A DNA stretch of 58,873 nt. It comes from a virus. Lineage: Duplodnaviria; Caudoviricetes. A program made the translations under genes and the position numbers. Positions 1 to 9,273 of this stretch are shown here, piece by piece. The notes beneath the pieces are model-generated. The model searched no databases. It was not told the DNA's origin and saw nothing but the letters and a program-made list of their open reading frames with translations. Location of the stretch: positions 1 through 58,873 of IMG/VR virus record IMGVR_UViG_3300043036_000281; one strand, written 5' to 3'. Numbering within the stretch: position 1 is the stretch's first letter; every line of letters starts with the position of its first letter.

Positions 1-56
1 GCACGGATCGCTTCAACCCCGGCAGCCTGGTACGGCCTGAGCTGAATTGAACTCAT
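1..56 (-). CDS. N-terminus of an SF2 (DEAD/DEAH-like) helicase, runs off the window
   Basis: Reads MSSIQLRPYQAAGVEAIR; LRPYQ is a typical SF2 Q motif. Its ATG overlaps the TGA of 53..367 (ATGA). Confidence 0.7.
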   Translation of the reverse strand, partial: MSSIQLRPYQAAGVEAIR

Positions 57-367
57 GCGTGGCGCCCCTGTTCCTCCTCAGATTCACGCTCTTTATTGCG
101 AGCAAGCGATTCCTCCGTATCTGCGGAGTTGATCAGGTCCAGCTGAACCAGGTTCGCTTCGATCATGTTCTGATTGCGCGCCTGTACCATTTTGATCAGC
201 GCGCCGATCATCAGGTCATAGGTGCGTTGACTGCACCCGGTTTTTTGCCGACGTAATACGGCGATGGTGGACGGAGAAACACCGGCCAGCACACAAACTT
301 CCTTTACAGGGAATCCTGCGCTGTCCACCTTTTGCAGCAGGTCAGATGCCAAGTTCATGATAATCAC
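53..367 (-). CDS. Small HTH (Cro/XRE-like) DNA-binding regulator
   Basis: VKEVCVLAGVSPSTIAVLRR fits a helix-turn-helix; first gene downstream of the leftward promoter. Confidence 0.65.
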   Translation of the reverse strand: MIIMNLASDLLQKVDSAGFPVKEVCVLAGVSPSTIAVLRRQKTGCSQRTYDLMIGALIKMVQARNQNMIEANLVQLDLINSADTEESLARNKERESEEEQGRHA

Positions 368-418
368 CTTGTCTTTTTCCAGTTTTCACCCCGGCGCCGG
401 TGGCACCACGGTTTGGCG

Positions 419-448
419 ATTATGAGCCAACAGATTTACAATTTGCAA
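419..448 (-). promoter_or_regulatory. Sigma70-like leftward promoter
   Basis: Minus strand TTGCAA-18 nt-CATAAT. Confidence 0.6.
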
Positions 449-470
449 ACGCTAACGTCAAAAAACTAGC

Positions 471-499
471 TTGCAAGGTGTAAAGCTGTTCGCCATAAT
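471..499 (+). promoter_or_regulatory. Sigma70-like rightward promoter
   Basis: TTGCAA-17 nt-CATAAT upstream of the ATG at 527. Confidence 0.7.
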
Positions 500-526
500 C
501 TGCGGCAGTCGGGACTAATTTCAATT

Positions 527-1390
527 ATGGGTGCAGAAGTGGCCAAAGACGAAACGATCATCCGGTGCAGTGCCCTACCTGCTTATATGGACTGCAATCG
601 CCGCGCCGCTGCAAAGCTCTTCCAGGAAGAGATCGAAGCGGCTGGCTATGAGGTTCGCCAGTTGGCGGCCTCGGTCGGTTCGGCGCTGGGCACTTCAGCG
701 CACTACGGTATCGAGGTAGTGCTAACCAACAAGATTTATAACGGCCAGCTGGGCAGCGTCGAAGACGCTTGCAACGCCGCCGTAGATAAATTCAGCGAGG
801 AAATCACCGACGGCGTGATTTGGGATGACACCACGCCCAGCCTCAATGCTGCGATCGTCCAGCTACGTCGCCAGGTGCAGGCCTATATGCCCATCGCCGC
901 ACTGCTTGACCCTAAAGCGGTGGAGATTTCCCTAAGTGCCGATGTCGGCGATGGGTTTACACTGGCCGGCCACATCGACATCCTCGAGCACAACGGTGCG
1001 ATCCGGGATGAGAAATACGGCGCTCGGGAAGGACAATTCTGGTTGCAGCTGGGCGGTTATGCCTTGTTGGCCAAATCCGCCGGGCATGAAGTGAAGAGCC
1101 TTAACGTCGACTGGATTCCTCGGGTCGGCAAAACGAAGCATCAACCACCGGTGACCACCACCACCTACCCGCTTCAGCAGTCACAAACAGACGCCTATCA
1201 AGTGATTCAACGCATCAAGATGGACGTCCAGCAGTTCCGAAAGGATCCAGACCGGCTTTATCAGTCATTTCCCGCAAACCCGATGAGCATGCTGTGCTCG
1301 GACAAGTATTGCCCGGCCCACGGCACCGAATTTTGTAACGCCTGGAAATATCAGGCAGCCAAACCTAAAGAAGAGGACTTCCCTGTATGA
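527..1390 (+). CDS. PD-(D/E)XK exonuclease, Cas4/AddB-like, probable Fe-S cluster
   Basis: GHID...DEKYG and QLGGY motifs; N-terminal Cys (YMDC) plus C-terminal C-x4-CP-x6-C. Confidence 0.8.
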   Translation: MGAEVAKDETIIRCSALPAYMDCNRRAAAKLFQEEIEAAGYEVRQLAASVGSALGTSAHYGIEVVLTNKIYNGQLGSVEDACNAAVDKFSEEITDGVIWDDTTPSLNAAIVQLRRQVQAYMPIAALLDPKAVEISLSADVGDGFTLAGHIDILEHNGAIRDEKYGAREGQFWLQLGGYALLAKSAGHEVKSLNVDWIPRVGKTKHQPPVTTTTYPLQQSQTDAYQVIQRIKMDVQQFRKDPDRLYQSFPANPMSMLCSDKYCPAHGTEFCNAWKYQAAKPKEEDFPV

Positions 1391-2529
1391 GTAACGAAGT
1401 GGCAAAACCGGCCAAGATGGTCAACCCCTACGCGCTTCAAGCTGGCGGAACACATCTGCCTGAAGGCGTGAACGCCGGTACGGTGACGATCGAGGTCCAA
1501 CGCGCGATCGCCGAAGTACAGGCCAAGCTGATGATCGCCAAGTCCATGCCGCGGGATCCCGTTGCTGCCTGGGAAAAGGTCATGAAGGCCTGCTCTCTTC
1601 CAGGTATGGCCGAAGCGGCGTTCTACTCCTATAAACGTGGCGGCCAAGAAGTCACCGGCCCATCGATCCGCCTGGCGGAAGCGTTGGCCAGCGCCTGGGG
1701 CAACATCGACTACGGCATGCGCGAGCTGTCGAACAAGGACGGCGTGACCGAACTCGAGGCGTATGCCTGGGACCTGGAAACCAACACCCTGACTACGCAG
1801 CGTTTCACCGTGCACCACAAGCGCGACACCAAGGGCGGTGGTTACGCGCTGACCGATCAGCGCGACATCTATGAACTCGGGGCCAACATGGGCGCACGGC
1901 GGATGCGTGCCCGTATCCTGGCTGTGTTGCCGGCCGATATCGTCAAGGCTGCCGAAGAGCGTTGCCGCCTGACCCTGCAGGGCGGTAGTGGTGTCCCCCT
2001 CAGCGAACGCGTAAAAACCATGCTGACCAAGTTCGCCCCGTTCGGCATCACACAGAAGCACGTCGAAACGCATCTGGGCAAAAAGCTGATCGACATCATG
2101 CCTGACGATATCGTCACTCTGATCGGTATTTACAACTCGGTTAAAGACGGCAACGTCAGCGCCGCCGAAGCCTTCGAAGCCAAAACCGAACAGCCAGTGG
2201 TCAAGGAGCCTGAACAGCCGAAGGCTCCTGCAGCTGACGACACAGCCGGCACTACCGGCGCAGCTATCAAAGACCCGGCTCCTACACGCCAACGTCAGAC
2301 TCGCGCGAAGCCGGCGGACAAGCCAGTCGAACCAGCCGAGCCTGAGACACCGAAAAATGAAGAAAACATCAATATCGTAGATGAGCAGCTGAACAACACC
2401 GACCCAGTGATCGAGGATCCGGTGCTCGAAGATCCAGCCACTGAACTCGGCGATATGTTTGGCGCTGATCAACAAACCCAAGACACAGATCCAGACGCTG
2501 AAACAGACGACGACGACGCACCGTTCTAA
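1387..2529 (+). CDS. Putative single-strand annealing/recombination protein with an acidic tail
   Basis: ATGA-coupled to the exonuclease; globular N-domain, low-complexity linker, ends DDDDAPF. Function inferred from position. Confidence 0.5.
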   Translation: MSNEVAKPAKMVNPYALQAGGTHLPEGVNAGTVTIEVQRAIAEVQAKLMIAKSMPRDPVAAWEKVMKACSLPGMAEAAFYSYKRGGQEVTGPSIRLAEALASAWGNIDYGMRELSNKDGVTELEAYAWDLETNTLTTQRFTVHHKRDTKGGGYALTDQRDIYELGANMGARRMRARILAVLPADIVKAAEERCRLTLQGGSGVPLSERVKTMLTKFAPFGITQKHVETHLGKKLIDIMPDDIVTLIGIYNSVKDGNVSAAEAFEAKTEQPVVKEPEQPKAPAADDTAGTTGAAIKDPAPTRQRQTRAKPADKPVEPAEPETPKNEENINIVDEQLNNTDPVIEDPVLEDPATELGDMFGADQQTQDTDPDAETDDDDAPF

Positions 2530-2592
2530 CCAACTCCATTTATTACCAGCACCGTCGGGCATCGTGCCCGGCGGCCGCAGAGGAACACCAGC

Positions 2593-4290
2593 ATGTTAGC
2601 GAGAATCGAAAATTTCCGAGGGATTCGCCGAGGCGACTTCCAGATCAAAGGCCTGACCCTGATCGGTGCGGACAACTACGCGGGCAAGTCATCCCTGGCC
2701 CAGGCCGTTGGTGCTGCGCTGACCGGGCGCCCGCTCCCGCTCAAAGGCATGACCAAAGCCATGGCCGGCCTGCTGGTGCGCAGCGGCGCAACCAAAGCCT
2801 TCGTCGAGGTAGCCACCGACGATAATGAAAGTGTGGTACGGATCAATTGGCCGAAAGCCGAAGTATCAACTGAAGGCCCAACCCCGCCGACAGCCACCGA
2901 ATGGGCCGCCGGCCTGATCAGCCTTGCGCATATGGACCCGCAGGAACGCAGCGTTGCACTGACTGACTTCCTGCAAGCCGTGCCGAGCAAAGCAGACCTG
3001 GCGGCCGAGCTGAAGAAAGCGGAGATCTCTGAAAAGGCCACCGAACAATTGTGGGCGATGATCACCGAGTTTGGCTGGGAGGAATCCGAACGCAAGGCCC
3101 GCGACAAAGGCAAAGAGTACAAATTCCAGTGGAAGAACATCACCGGTGAAAACTGGGGGAGCAAAAAAGGCGAGAGCTATGTTCCGGCCGACTGGGATTA
3201 TGAACTCGACAAGGAAGGGACCAACCTCGAACAGTTGCAGGCCGACGTCGACAATTACAAATCCGAGTTGGAATCGGCGATCGCCGCCAGCGCCGTCGAC
3301 TTTGCGGAGTATTCCCGCCTGCAAGAACTGGCCGATACCGAGGGTGAGCGTCACCAAGCACTGGACGAAGTCGCCGGCCGCTTGAAGGCAGCCCGTGAGG
3401 CTGAAGACCTGGCGAACCAGGCCGTCACCGATAATCCAATGCCGACGGCACTGCCAACCACCGTGGACTGCCCGCACTGCGCCATGGCCGTCATTATCCG
3501 CGGCGGCAAGCTGTTCAAGGTCGAGGACACGCTGTCTCCCGAGAAATTCGCCGAGATGCAGACCGCCCACATGGACGCCCGCAATGCAGCGGCCACCGCC
3601 CGGGAACTGTCGCAAACCATCGGCGCCGAGCATGGCGCGGCCCAGTCCAAACTGACCGAGGCCAAAGACGCCCAGGCCAAGGTACACGCACTGGATGAGG
3701 CGGCTGAAGCCGAAGGTGATAAAACCGAAGTAGACGTGGAAGGCGCCCGCGCCAGCCTGGCAGCCGCCGAAGCGCGCCTGGGATCATTCAAGAAGAAGCA
3801 CGACGCCGATCGCATCCACGCCGCGATCGAGAAAAACCAACTGGTGGTCGATATCCTGGCCCCCAGCGGTCTGCGTTTGAATGTGCTTTATGCAGCCGTT
3901 CGCAAATTCTGCGACGAGTGGGTCAAGCCACTGATCAAGGCATCGGGCTTCCCTTCCGTGGCAATTGACCGCGAGCTGTCGCTGACCCTGGGCGATCGCG
4001 TTTACCTGATGCTGTCGGAAGCGGAGAAATACATTGTCCGCGTGGTGCTCCAGACCGCCATGGCGATGAAGCTCGGCGACAAGGTAATGGTGATCGATGC
4101 GGCCGACATCCTGATGCGGACCGGGCGTAACAGCCTTGTGAAAATGCTGATCAAGTCGGGCATCGATACCCTGCTGTTTATGTCCCTGGCATCAGTTAGC
4201 GAACTGCCAGACCTGGCAAAATCTGGCAAAGGCAATTCTTATTGGATCGAAGATGGGGAGGTTGTCGAGCGCTCGACCGCTACTGCATAA
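2593..4290 (+). CDS. Rad50/SbcC-like coiled-coil ABC ATPase
   Basis: Walker A (GADNYAGKSS), coiled coils around a CPHC hook, degenerate signature LSEAE, Walker B VMVID. Confidence 0.75.
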   Translation: MLARIENFRGIRRGDFQIKGLTLIGADNYAGKSSLAQAVGAALTGRPLPLKGMTKAMAGLLVRSGATKAFVEVATDDNESVVRINWPKAEVSTEGPTPPTATEWAAGLISLAHMDPQERSVALTDFLQAVPSKADLAAELKKAEISEKATEQLWAMITEFGWEESERKARDKGKEYKFQWKNITGENWGSKKGESYVPADWDYELDKEGTNLEQLQADVDNYKSELESAIAASAVDFAEYSRLQELADTEGERHQALDEVAGRLKAAREAEDLANQAVTDNPMPTALPTTVDCPHCAMAVIIRGGKLFKVEDTLSPEKFAEMQTAHMDARNAAATARELSQTIGAEHGAAQSKLTEAKDAQAKVHALDEAAEAEGDKTEVDVEGARASLAAAEARLGSFKKKHDADRIHAAIEKNQLVVDILAPSGLRLNVLYAAVRKFCDEWVKPLIKASGFPSVAIDRELSLTLGDRVYLMLSEAEKYIVRVVLQTAMAMKLGDKVMVIDAADILMRTGRNSLVKMLIKSGIDTLLFMSLASVSELPDLAKSGKGNSYWIEDGEVVERSTATA

Positions 4291-4399
4291 CGGGACCATC
4301 GGGCGCCAGGACGTCGGCGCCCGATCTGCCAATGGATGAAAACACCCAGGTAGTCGTGCCCGCAGAATTGGGTGTTTCCAACAGAGCAAGGGGAACTCC

Positions 4400-4741
4400 G
4401 TGGCTCATAGAAAGTTGAAGGACCTGGCCGTAAAGGTTGGGGAGTACGAATCACAAGGCGAAAAGAAGAGCAGATGGCACAACGTAGGCGCGCTGATGGA
4501 TGATGGTAACGGTGGCCAGTACTTGATGCTCGATCGTTATTTCAATCCGGCCGGCGTGCCAAACCCTGAAGGCCGCGCTTCGTTGCTGGTGTCGATGTTT
4601 GATCCGAAGGACAACCGGACAGCCGCGCCAGCCACTCAGCAACAGCGTGCACCAGCGCAACGACCTACGCCACAACAACCGCGGCCCCAGGCGCCGCCAC
4701 AACAGCGACCACCGAATAAAGATGACGATGTGCCGTTCTAG
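4400..4741 (+). CDS. SSB-like single-stranded DNA-binding protein
   Basis: Small beta-rich domain, Q/P-rich linker, C-terminal DDDVPF; GTG start with AAGGGG RBS. Confidence 0.6.
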   Translation: MAHRKLKDLAVKVGEYESQGEKKSRWHNVGALMDDGNGGQYLMLDRYFNPAGVPNPEGRASLLVSMFDPKDNRTAAPATQQQRAPAQRPTPQQPRPQAPPQQRPPNKDDDVPF

Positions 4742-4772
4742 AGTCTACCCACCCGCACAAAGGATGCAACAG

Positions 4773-5051
4773 ATGTCGAACGAATTAAGAGAGCGTTGCA
4801 TTTACAGCCTGACCTCGCGCGGTTACACGCACAAGGCTGCCAACAGCATTTTCACCGAGATCATGAATGACCTGGCCCACACGCTGCTCGCCGACGGAAA
4901 GGCTGTTTTGCCCGGGGTCGGCACCCTGAAAAAGTATCGCCGCAAAGCCCGCAAGGGATATGACATACAGCACGGGACAATGGGCGAGATCCCGGAGACA
5001 ATCGCTGTGAAGTTCATCCCTGCCAAGCAAATCAAAGACGCTCTGAATTGA
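4773..5051 (+). CDS. Divergent HU/IHF-family DNA-binding protein
   Basis: LPGVGTL...RKARKG...VKFIPAKQIKDALN; AGGA lies 8 nt before the ATG at 4773. Confidence 0.75.
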   Translation: MSNELRERCIYSLTSRGYTHKAANSIFTEIMNDLAHTLLADGKAVLPGVGTLKKYRRKARKGYDIQHGTMGEIPETIAVKFIPAKQIKDALN

Positions 5052-5066
5052 ACAGCAGCACCATAG

Positions 5067-5091
5067 AAAAAGGCCCCGAGGGGCCTTTTTT
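5067..5091. terminator. Bidirectional intrinsic terminator
   Basis: AAAAAGGCCCC-GAG-GGGCCTTTTTT between convergent operons. Confidence 0.8.
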
Positions 5092-5169
5092 GTTGGCGGT
5101 CACATGGCGCAGCCCTCAGGGTTCGTTGTCGATATGCTCAAATCAATACAAGGAACCTGGACTATAGCA

Positions 5170-5712
5170 TCACGGACTGATCTTGCAGACCTTCATCAAA
5201 TCGCGCACGTAACCCTGCAGGCCGATTATTTGGGCGCGCTGGGTTTTGATTCCGGCGGCAAGACTTGGATAAGCTCGTTCAGCAGAGGCATCAAGTCGGA
5301 TGGTTCCTGCATCAGATTCGCCGGCGGTGCTGACATCGGAGCCTGGCTTAACTCTGCTGGCGGGGACCCAGTGGGCTTTGATGCGCAGGCGGTAAGTAGC
5401 ATCAGCGAGGCCAGCAGCCAGGGTTTCGCGTTCGGCATTTGCATTCTTCAGTTCCCCGTCGTAATCGCTGACCCGCTTTTCGGTGTCGGCGGTGAGTTGG
5501 CGTTGCAGCTTGGCAGTGGTTTGCAACGATACCACCCGGGCTTCAGCCTGACTTGCACGCTCTTTGAATTGATCACGCTCGAGGCTGATGGTCGCCACTT
5601 CGGCGTGTGCCGCATTCAACATCGTGTGCTGCACGAACAAGCCAGCCGCTGCCGCGATCGCAACCCATACCCAGATGGGGACCAGCTTGAACAAGGCAGT
5701 CACAGCGTGCAC
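5170..5712 (-). CDS. i-spanin (Rz-like)
   Basis: N-terminal TM helix followed by coiled coil; directly downstream of the endolysin. Confidence 0.8.
   Translation of the reverse strand: MHAVTALFKLVPIWVWVAIAAAAGLFVQHTMLNAAHAEVATISLERDQFKERASQAEARVVSLQTTAKLQRQLTADTEKRVSDYDGELKNANAERETLAAGLADATYRLRIKAHWVPASRVKPGSDVSTAGESDAGTIRLDASAERAYPSLAAGIKTQRAQIIGLQGYVRDLMKVCKISP
5226..5444 (-). CDS. o-spanin (Rz1-like lipoprotein) embedded in the i-spanin gene
   Basis: Signal peptide with lipobox LTAC, Pro-rich mature part, alternative reading frame. Confidence 0.8.
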   Translation of the reverse strand: MQMPNAKPWLLASLMLLTACASKPTGSPPAELSQAPMSAPPANLMQEPSDLMPLLNELIQVLPPESKPSAPK

Positions 5713-6239
5713 AACTCAGCGGTGGCCTGGCGATCTTCCCACAGGCCTTTGCAATACGGCTGTTCGGTTGAGCAATCAATCTTCTTGCCGTCGCGGGTAA
5801 TGTAGCGCCAGTTGAGCATGGCCTTGCAGCCTTCCAGCTGCTTGCCCTGATTCAACAGCTTGGCCGTATTCGATCCGGCACATCCAGCATTGCCGACGTT
5901 GTAGCAGAACCGCCCAAATGCGGCCCAGGCTGGCTCGCTCATCGGAACCTTGACCGTGTTATGGGCGAACGTCAGGCGCCGGCCAATCTCTGACTGGCGC
6001 CAGGTGTCGCACTGCTCTTTGGTCATGGTGGTGGTGGCCGTGACACCGGCGGTTTTGCCGTCGCAGACCGTCCAAACCCGGGCGCCATCCTGGTAGGCCT
6101 TCAGCTCATATCGGCCGCCACTCTCACGCTCCATCGTGAGCTGGTCCAAGATCGCCGGAGCACCGGCACCGGCGGCCACCAGGGCCAGCACGGCACCACT
6201 CAGCCAGGACTTACGGTTGTTTTTCAGTGGCAGCGGCAT
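5700..6239 (-). CDS. Endolysin, GH24 lysozyme, probably SAR-type
   Basis: Weakly hydrophobic Gly/Ala-rich N-terminal anchor; E...AYQD-x5-T triad; YNVG motif. Confidence 0.85.
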   Translation of the reverse strand: MPLPLKNNRKSWLSGAVLALVAAGAGAPAILDQLTMERESGGRYELKAYQDGARVWTVCDGKTAGVTATTTMTKEQCDTWRQSEIGRRLTFAHNTVKVPMSEPAWAAFGRFCYNVGNAGCAGSNTAKLLNQGKQLEGCKAMLNWRYITRDGKKIDCSTEQPYCKGLWEDRQATAELCTL

Positions 6240-6453
6240 TGTCGTCACTCGCGGTGGCTTCACGGGCTTTTGGCTGATAGATGAAACGAGCGATCAAAGC
6301 GATGGCCAGGGCCACGCGGTAAATCGTCAGGTCCATTGTTTCTGGTGCGTAATCGATGAATGAGCTGATCAGCTCCGGCAGAAACTGCAACAGCAACAGC
6401 GCCTGCACACTGGTGAAGCGCCATGCTTCACGCCATTCCGGAATAATTTTCAT
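6211..6453 (-). CDS. Putative holin (2 TM)
   Basis: MKIIPEWREAWRFTSVQ..., two hydrophobic segments, directly upstream of the endolysin; TGATG coupling. Confidence 0.6.
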   Translation of the reverse strand: MKIIPEWREAWRFTSVQALLLLQFLPELISSFIDYAPETMDLTIYRVALAIALIARFIYQPKAREATASDDNAAATEKQP

Positions 6454-6827
6454 CAGCTGCCACCGCCCTTCTTGTTTTGCCATTGGTCAAGGACCCAGAA
6501 CAGGAATACCGCTACCGCGGCCAGTGTCGGGGCCTTATCGATCAGCCAACCCAGCGCACCGCGCAAGGCTTTCTGGTTGTTGTGCCAGGTCATCAGGATG
6601 TCGAGCATGGATTGCTGCCTACTGAGCAGGTTCTGCATTTCCACGATCGATTCAGTGACGTCGGAGACTTTCGTATCCAGCTTCACCATCTCCTGAAAGT
6701 TATCGGTCAGACGACGGTGCAGATGCACCACCTCTTTGATCAGGTTGGAGTTATTGACGACTTCGCGACGCAGGGACTCCATGTCCGATTCGGCATGGCC
6801 TACGTGCTCTTGATGGTCTTCAGGCAC
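6453..6827 (-). CDS. Coiled-coil protein with a C-terminal TM (holin/antiholin-like)
   Basis: Heptad-rich body, TLAAVAVFLFWVL, basic tail; lies in the lysis cassette. Confidence 0.5.
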   Translation of the reverse strand: MPEDHQEHVGHAESDMESLRREVVNNSNLIKEVVHLHRRLTDNFQEMVKLDTKVSDVTESIVEMQNLLSRQQSMLDILMTWHNNQKALRGALGWLIDKAPTLAAVAVFLFWVLDQWQNKKGGGS

Positions 6828-7291
6828 TGTCGTGTCCTCACTACGGTATACAACAATGCTAACGGCACGACCTTCATGGCCGTATCGAAAACGAATCCAT
6901 CCATTCGTCCGACTGCGGACAGGTAAATCCCGCTATCGACGGCACATGCCACCAGCACGGATGACAACATCCGTTTGAGCACAGAGGGTTGTTGCGACTG
7001 TGAAAATATCGCCCAACCAAACGTCAGCCCTATCAGGAATCCGCTCGAAGAGGCGTAGGGATTATCTGAGGCAGACCAGATGATCAGAACCAGCAACCCC
7101 ATCGGGATCAACACCAGGTAATCACCGATAAGGGTCTGCAAATAATCCCTAGCGATGTACACGCCGCCCACCAGGAACAGCTGACCAATGTGCCAAGATC
7201 GCGATTCGAAAGGCTCCATGTTGCACACCAGGGCCATACCCAGCATCAGGCATAGCACCATCACCGTGCGCATGCTGTCACGGGTGATCAT
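6800..7291 (-). CDS. Multi-pass membrane protein of unknown function
   Basis: 5-6 hydrophobic segments; the ATG at 7291 overlaps the stop of 7288..7725. Confidence 0.6.
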   Translation of the reverse strand: MITRDSMRTVMVLCLMLGMALVCNMEPFESRSWHIGQLFLVGGVYIARDYLQTLIGDYLVLIPMGLLVLIIWSASDNPYASSSGFLIGLTFGWAIFSQSQQPSVLKRMLSSVLVACAVDSGIYLSAVGRMDGFVFDTAMKVVPLALLYTVVRTRQCLKTIKST

Positions 7292-7725
7292 GCGAATACC
7301 GCCTTGCGCGTTACGGACGCATGCAGAGTATTCGGGCAGAACCGCCAAGACTCCTGAAAGCCCAGCGCCGCGGCCAGTGCTTCGGAACAGAACCACTTGG
7401 ACTGGCTGCCGGAGAAAGGCCGCCACAGAAAGCCAACAAGGCCCAGCGTGTCGTATTTTTTGCCATTGTGTTCGGCAAACCAAGCGACGGCGGTGGCCTC
7501 TTCATCTGGAGACAAGGCCATCGGCACAATTACCCAGTGCGCCGGATCCAGTTCGATCATTTTCCGGCGGACACCGCCATCCATGAACGACGACGACCAG
7601 CACTCGGCAAACCCCTTGTCGTCATACCCGACAATCAGCTCGCAGTGCGAGAACGGACCACGAGTCCACCAGGCGGTGAGGATGTTGAACAGCCTGGTTT
7701 TACCTCGATAGAAAGCGAGCTGCAT
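7288..7725 (-). CDS. Permuted papain-like NlpC/P60 (YiiX/YaeF-like) hydrolase
   Basis: FSHCEL (His) precedes KYD and WFCSE (Cys), the permuted order. Confidence 0.7.
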   Translation of the reverse strand: MQLAFYRGKTRLFNILTAWWTRGPFSHCELIVGYDDKGFAECWSSSFMDGGVRRKMIELDPAHWVIVPMALSPDEEATAVAWFAEHNGKKYDTLGLVGFLWRPFSGSQSKWFCSEALAAALGFQESWRFCPNTLHASVTRKAVFA

Positions 7726-7731
7726 GACGGG

Positions 7732-8259
7732 TTACTCCTGGTAGAACGCAGGCCAGCCAGTGGAAAAATCGTATTCGCTCGGAACGGCTGAGGCTTCCAT
7801 GGCAAGGCGGTGTTCGGTTGCCTTGGCGAACAGCGTCTGATCAAGCGTCGCAGTGGCGGTGAAAATCTGCATGGCCAGGGTCGGCGTCATCAACGCAAAC
7901 TCTTCGCCCATGCTTTTCCACTGGATACCGGCCGGCATGTTGGCACCCATGATCACCAGAGCCAGTTGCTGGATACGGCTGGCGTCGTCGGAGTGGAACC
8001 AAATGTTTCCGACCTTGACGCCGAGGGCTTTGCGGCGATCACGCTCAGCTTTGATCTGCAACCAGATTTGATCGGCCGTCGGCAATGCTTGATCGGCGAG
8101 AAAAGGAAAACCATCCTCGCCCCAGCTAATCACCTTACCTTCTGACTGACCGGCCATCAGCGCTGCATGCAGGCCTTCAGGCAACTCGACCACATCCTCC
8201 GGCATCGAAGTGTGGATTTCTGGATCGTAAAAACCGCCGGTAGATTTTGAGCCGAACAT
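7732..8259 (-). CDS. Tail fibre assembly chaperone (DUF4376-like)
   Basis: STGGFYDPEIH...P.D.V N-terminus, IKAERDRR, C-terminal YDFSTGWP; follows the fibre genes. Confidence 0.75.
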   Translation of the reverse strand: MFGSKSTGGFYDPEIHTSMPEDVVELPEGLHAALMAGQSEGKVISWGEDGFPFLADQALPTADQIWLQIKAERDRRKALGVKVGNIWFHSDDASRIQQLALVIMGANMPAGIQWKSMGEEFALMTPTLAMQIFTATATLDQTLFAKATEHRLAMEASAVPSEYDFSTGWPAFYQE

Positions 8260-8311
8260 GGTCTTTTCCTTTGAATGTGATCATCGATGTCGACGAATCG
8301 ACTGCAAGTGA

Positions 8312-8327
8312 ATCGTGAAATCACGAC
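8312..8327 (-). promoter_or_regulatory. Late-promoter-like motif
   Basis: GTCGTGAT-TT-CACGAT, intergenic, upstream of the chaperone/lysis operon. Confidence 0.55.
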
Positions 8328-8340
8328 AAGATTTTATGAA

Positions 8341-8787
8341 TCAGTAGCCGATAGCAATCCAGCGGACTCCTGAGCCCGTCGTTCCAGTTCCAGTAAAGAA
8401 AGTCATCCCTGTGTTAGTAACAGAACTGAAACCAACGTTGTTGTATTGCGCCGCATCACCTGAAAGCTTTCCGCCATATCCTGTTGTTAAAACGCCATTT
8501 GGGAATGCAAGCTGAAAGGTAATTGCAATTGACGTAGTGACGCTTCCTGTAGTGCCCCATTGAATAATCAATCCGCTCGGAAGCTTCTGATAACCACTCG
8601 TTGTCAACGATGAAGCAAACTCATCCGCAAACTTCTGCATGGTCGCCAGCACGTTGCTGCGCACACCGGTAGTCGGGTTAACGGTCCCGCTCAACGTACC
8701 GTCGGCATTCAGGACGAGGCGATCAGCGCCATTCAGCTGCAATGCGCCGACAGCGCCGCCAGCATCGGCCCTCAGGGAAACAGACAT
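8341..8787 (-). CDS. Tail fibre tip-like protein (gp53-like domain), paralog 3
   Basis: GYQKLPSGLIIQWG...AFP...WIAIGY. Confidence 0.75.
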   Translation of the reverse strand: MSVSLRADAGGAVGALQLNGADRLVLNADGTLSGTVNPTTGVRSNVLATMQKFADEFASSLTTSGYQKLPSGLIIQWGTTGSVTTSIAITFQLAFPNGVLTTGYGGKLSGDAAQYNNVGFSSVTNTGMTFFTGTGTTGSGVRWIAIGY

Positions 8788-8799
8788 AGATTTTTCTCC

Positions 8800-9264
8800 T
8801 CAGTAGCCGATGGCGATCCATTGGGCAGGTTGCGGTGAGCCGCCAGCAAAAAATACGGTCATTTGCGAAACTGCCGTTCCTGAACCTACGTTCGTAGCAA
8901 ATGTTGCTGCGCTAATTGCAGCTGCCGCCCAAAAACCAGCAATCGCCGACAAGGCCTTATTTGGAAAGGCAATTGGGAATGTAACTGACACACTACTGCC
9001 AGGATTTATGCCTCCAGTAGTACCCCACTGAATGATCAGTCCACCAGGAAGCTTTTGATACCCTTGGGTGCCATACGACCGAACCAACTGTGGAAAATCA
9101 ACCTCGCCCAAGGCGTTGATGGTCAAAATGTCTTGCGTAGTCGCACCGGCCACCCCGCGCGCCAACTTCATCGTGCCGTCCGCCGCCGAGGCGTCAAACG
9201 TGAAGTTCTGCGTAGCGGTACCAGACAGCCCGAGCTGGACCCGGTTTGTTTTGAGTGTGCTCAT
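8800..9264 (-). CDS. Tail fibre tip-like protein (gp53-like domain), paralog 2
   Basis: GYQKLPGGLIIQWG...FPIAFP...WIAIGY. Confidence 0.75.
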   Translation of the reverse strand: MSTLKTNRVQLGLSGTATQNFTFDASAADGTMKLARGVAGATTQDILTINALGEVDFPQLVRSYGTQGYQKLPGGLIIQWGTTGGINPGSSVSVTFPIAFPNKALSAIAGFWAAAAISAATFATNVGSGTAVSQMTVFFAGGSPQPAQWIAIGY

Positions 9265-9273
9265 GATGGGTCC

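Noticed and set aside
527-1390. Cas4-like nuclease as a sign of CRISPR-Cas
   Set aside because: No repeat-spacer array or other cas gene was seen; it sits in a recombination operon.
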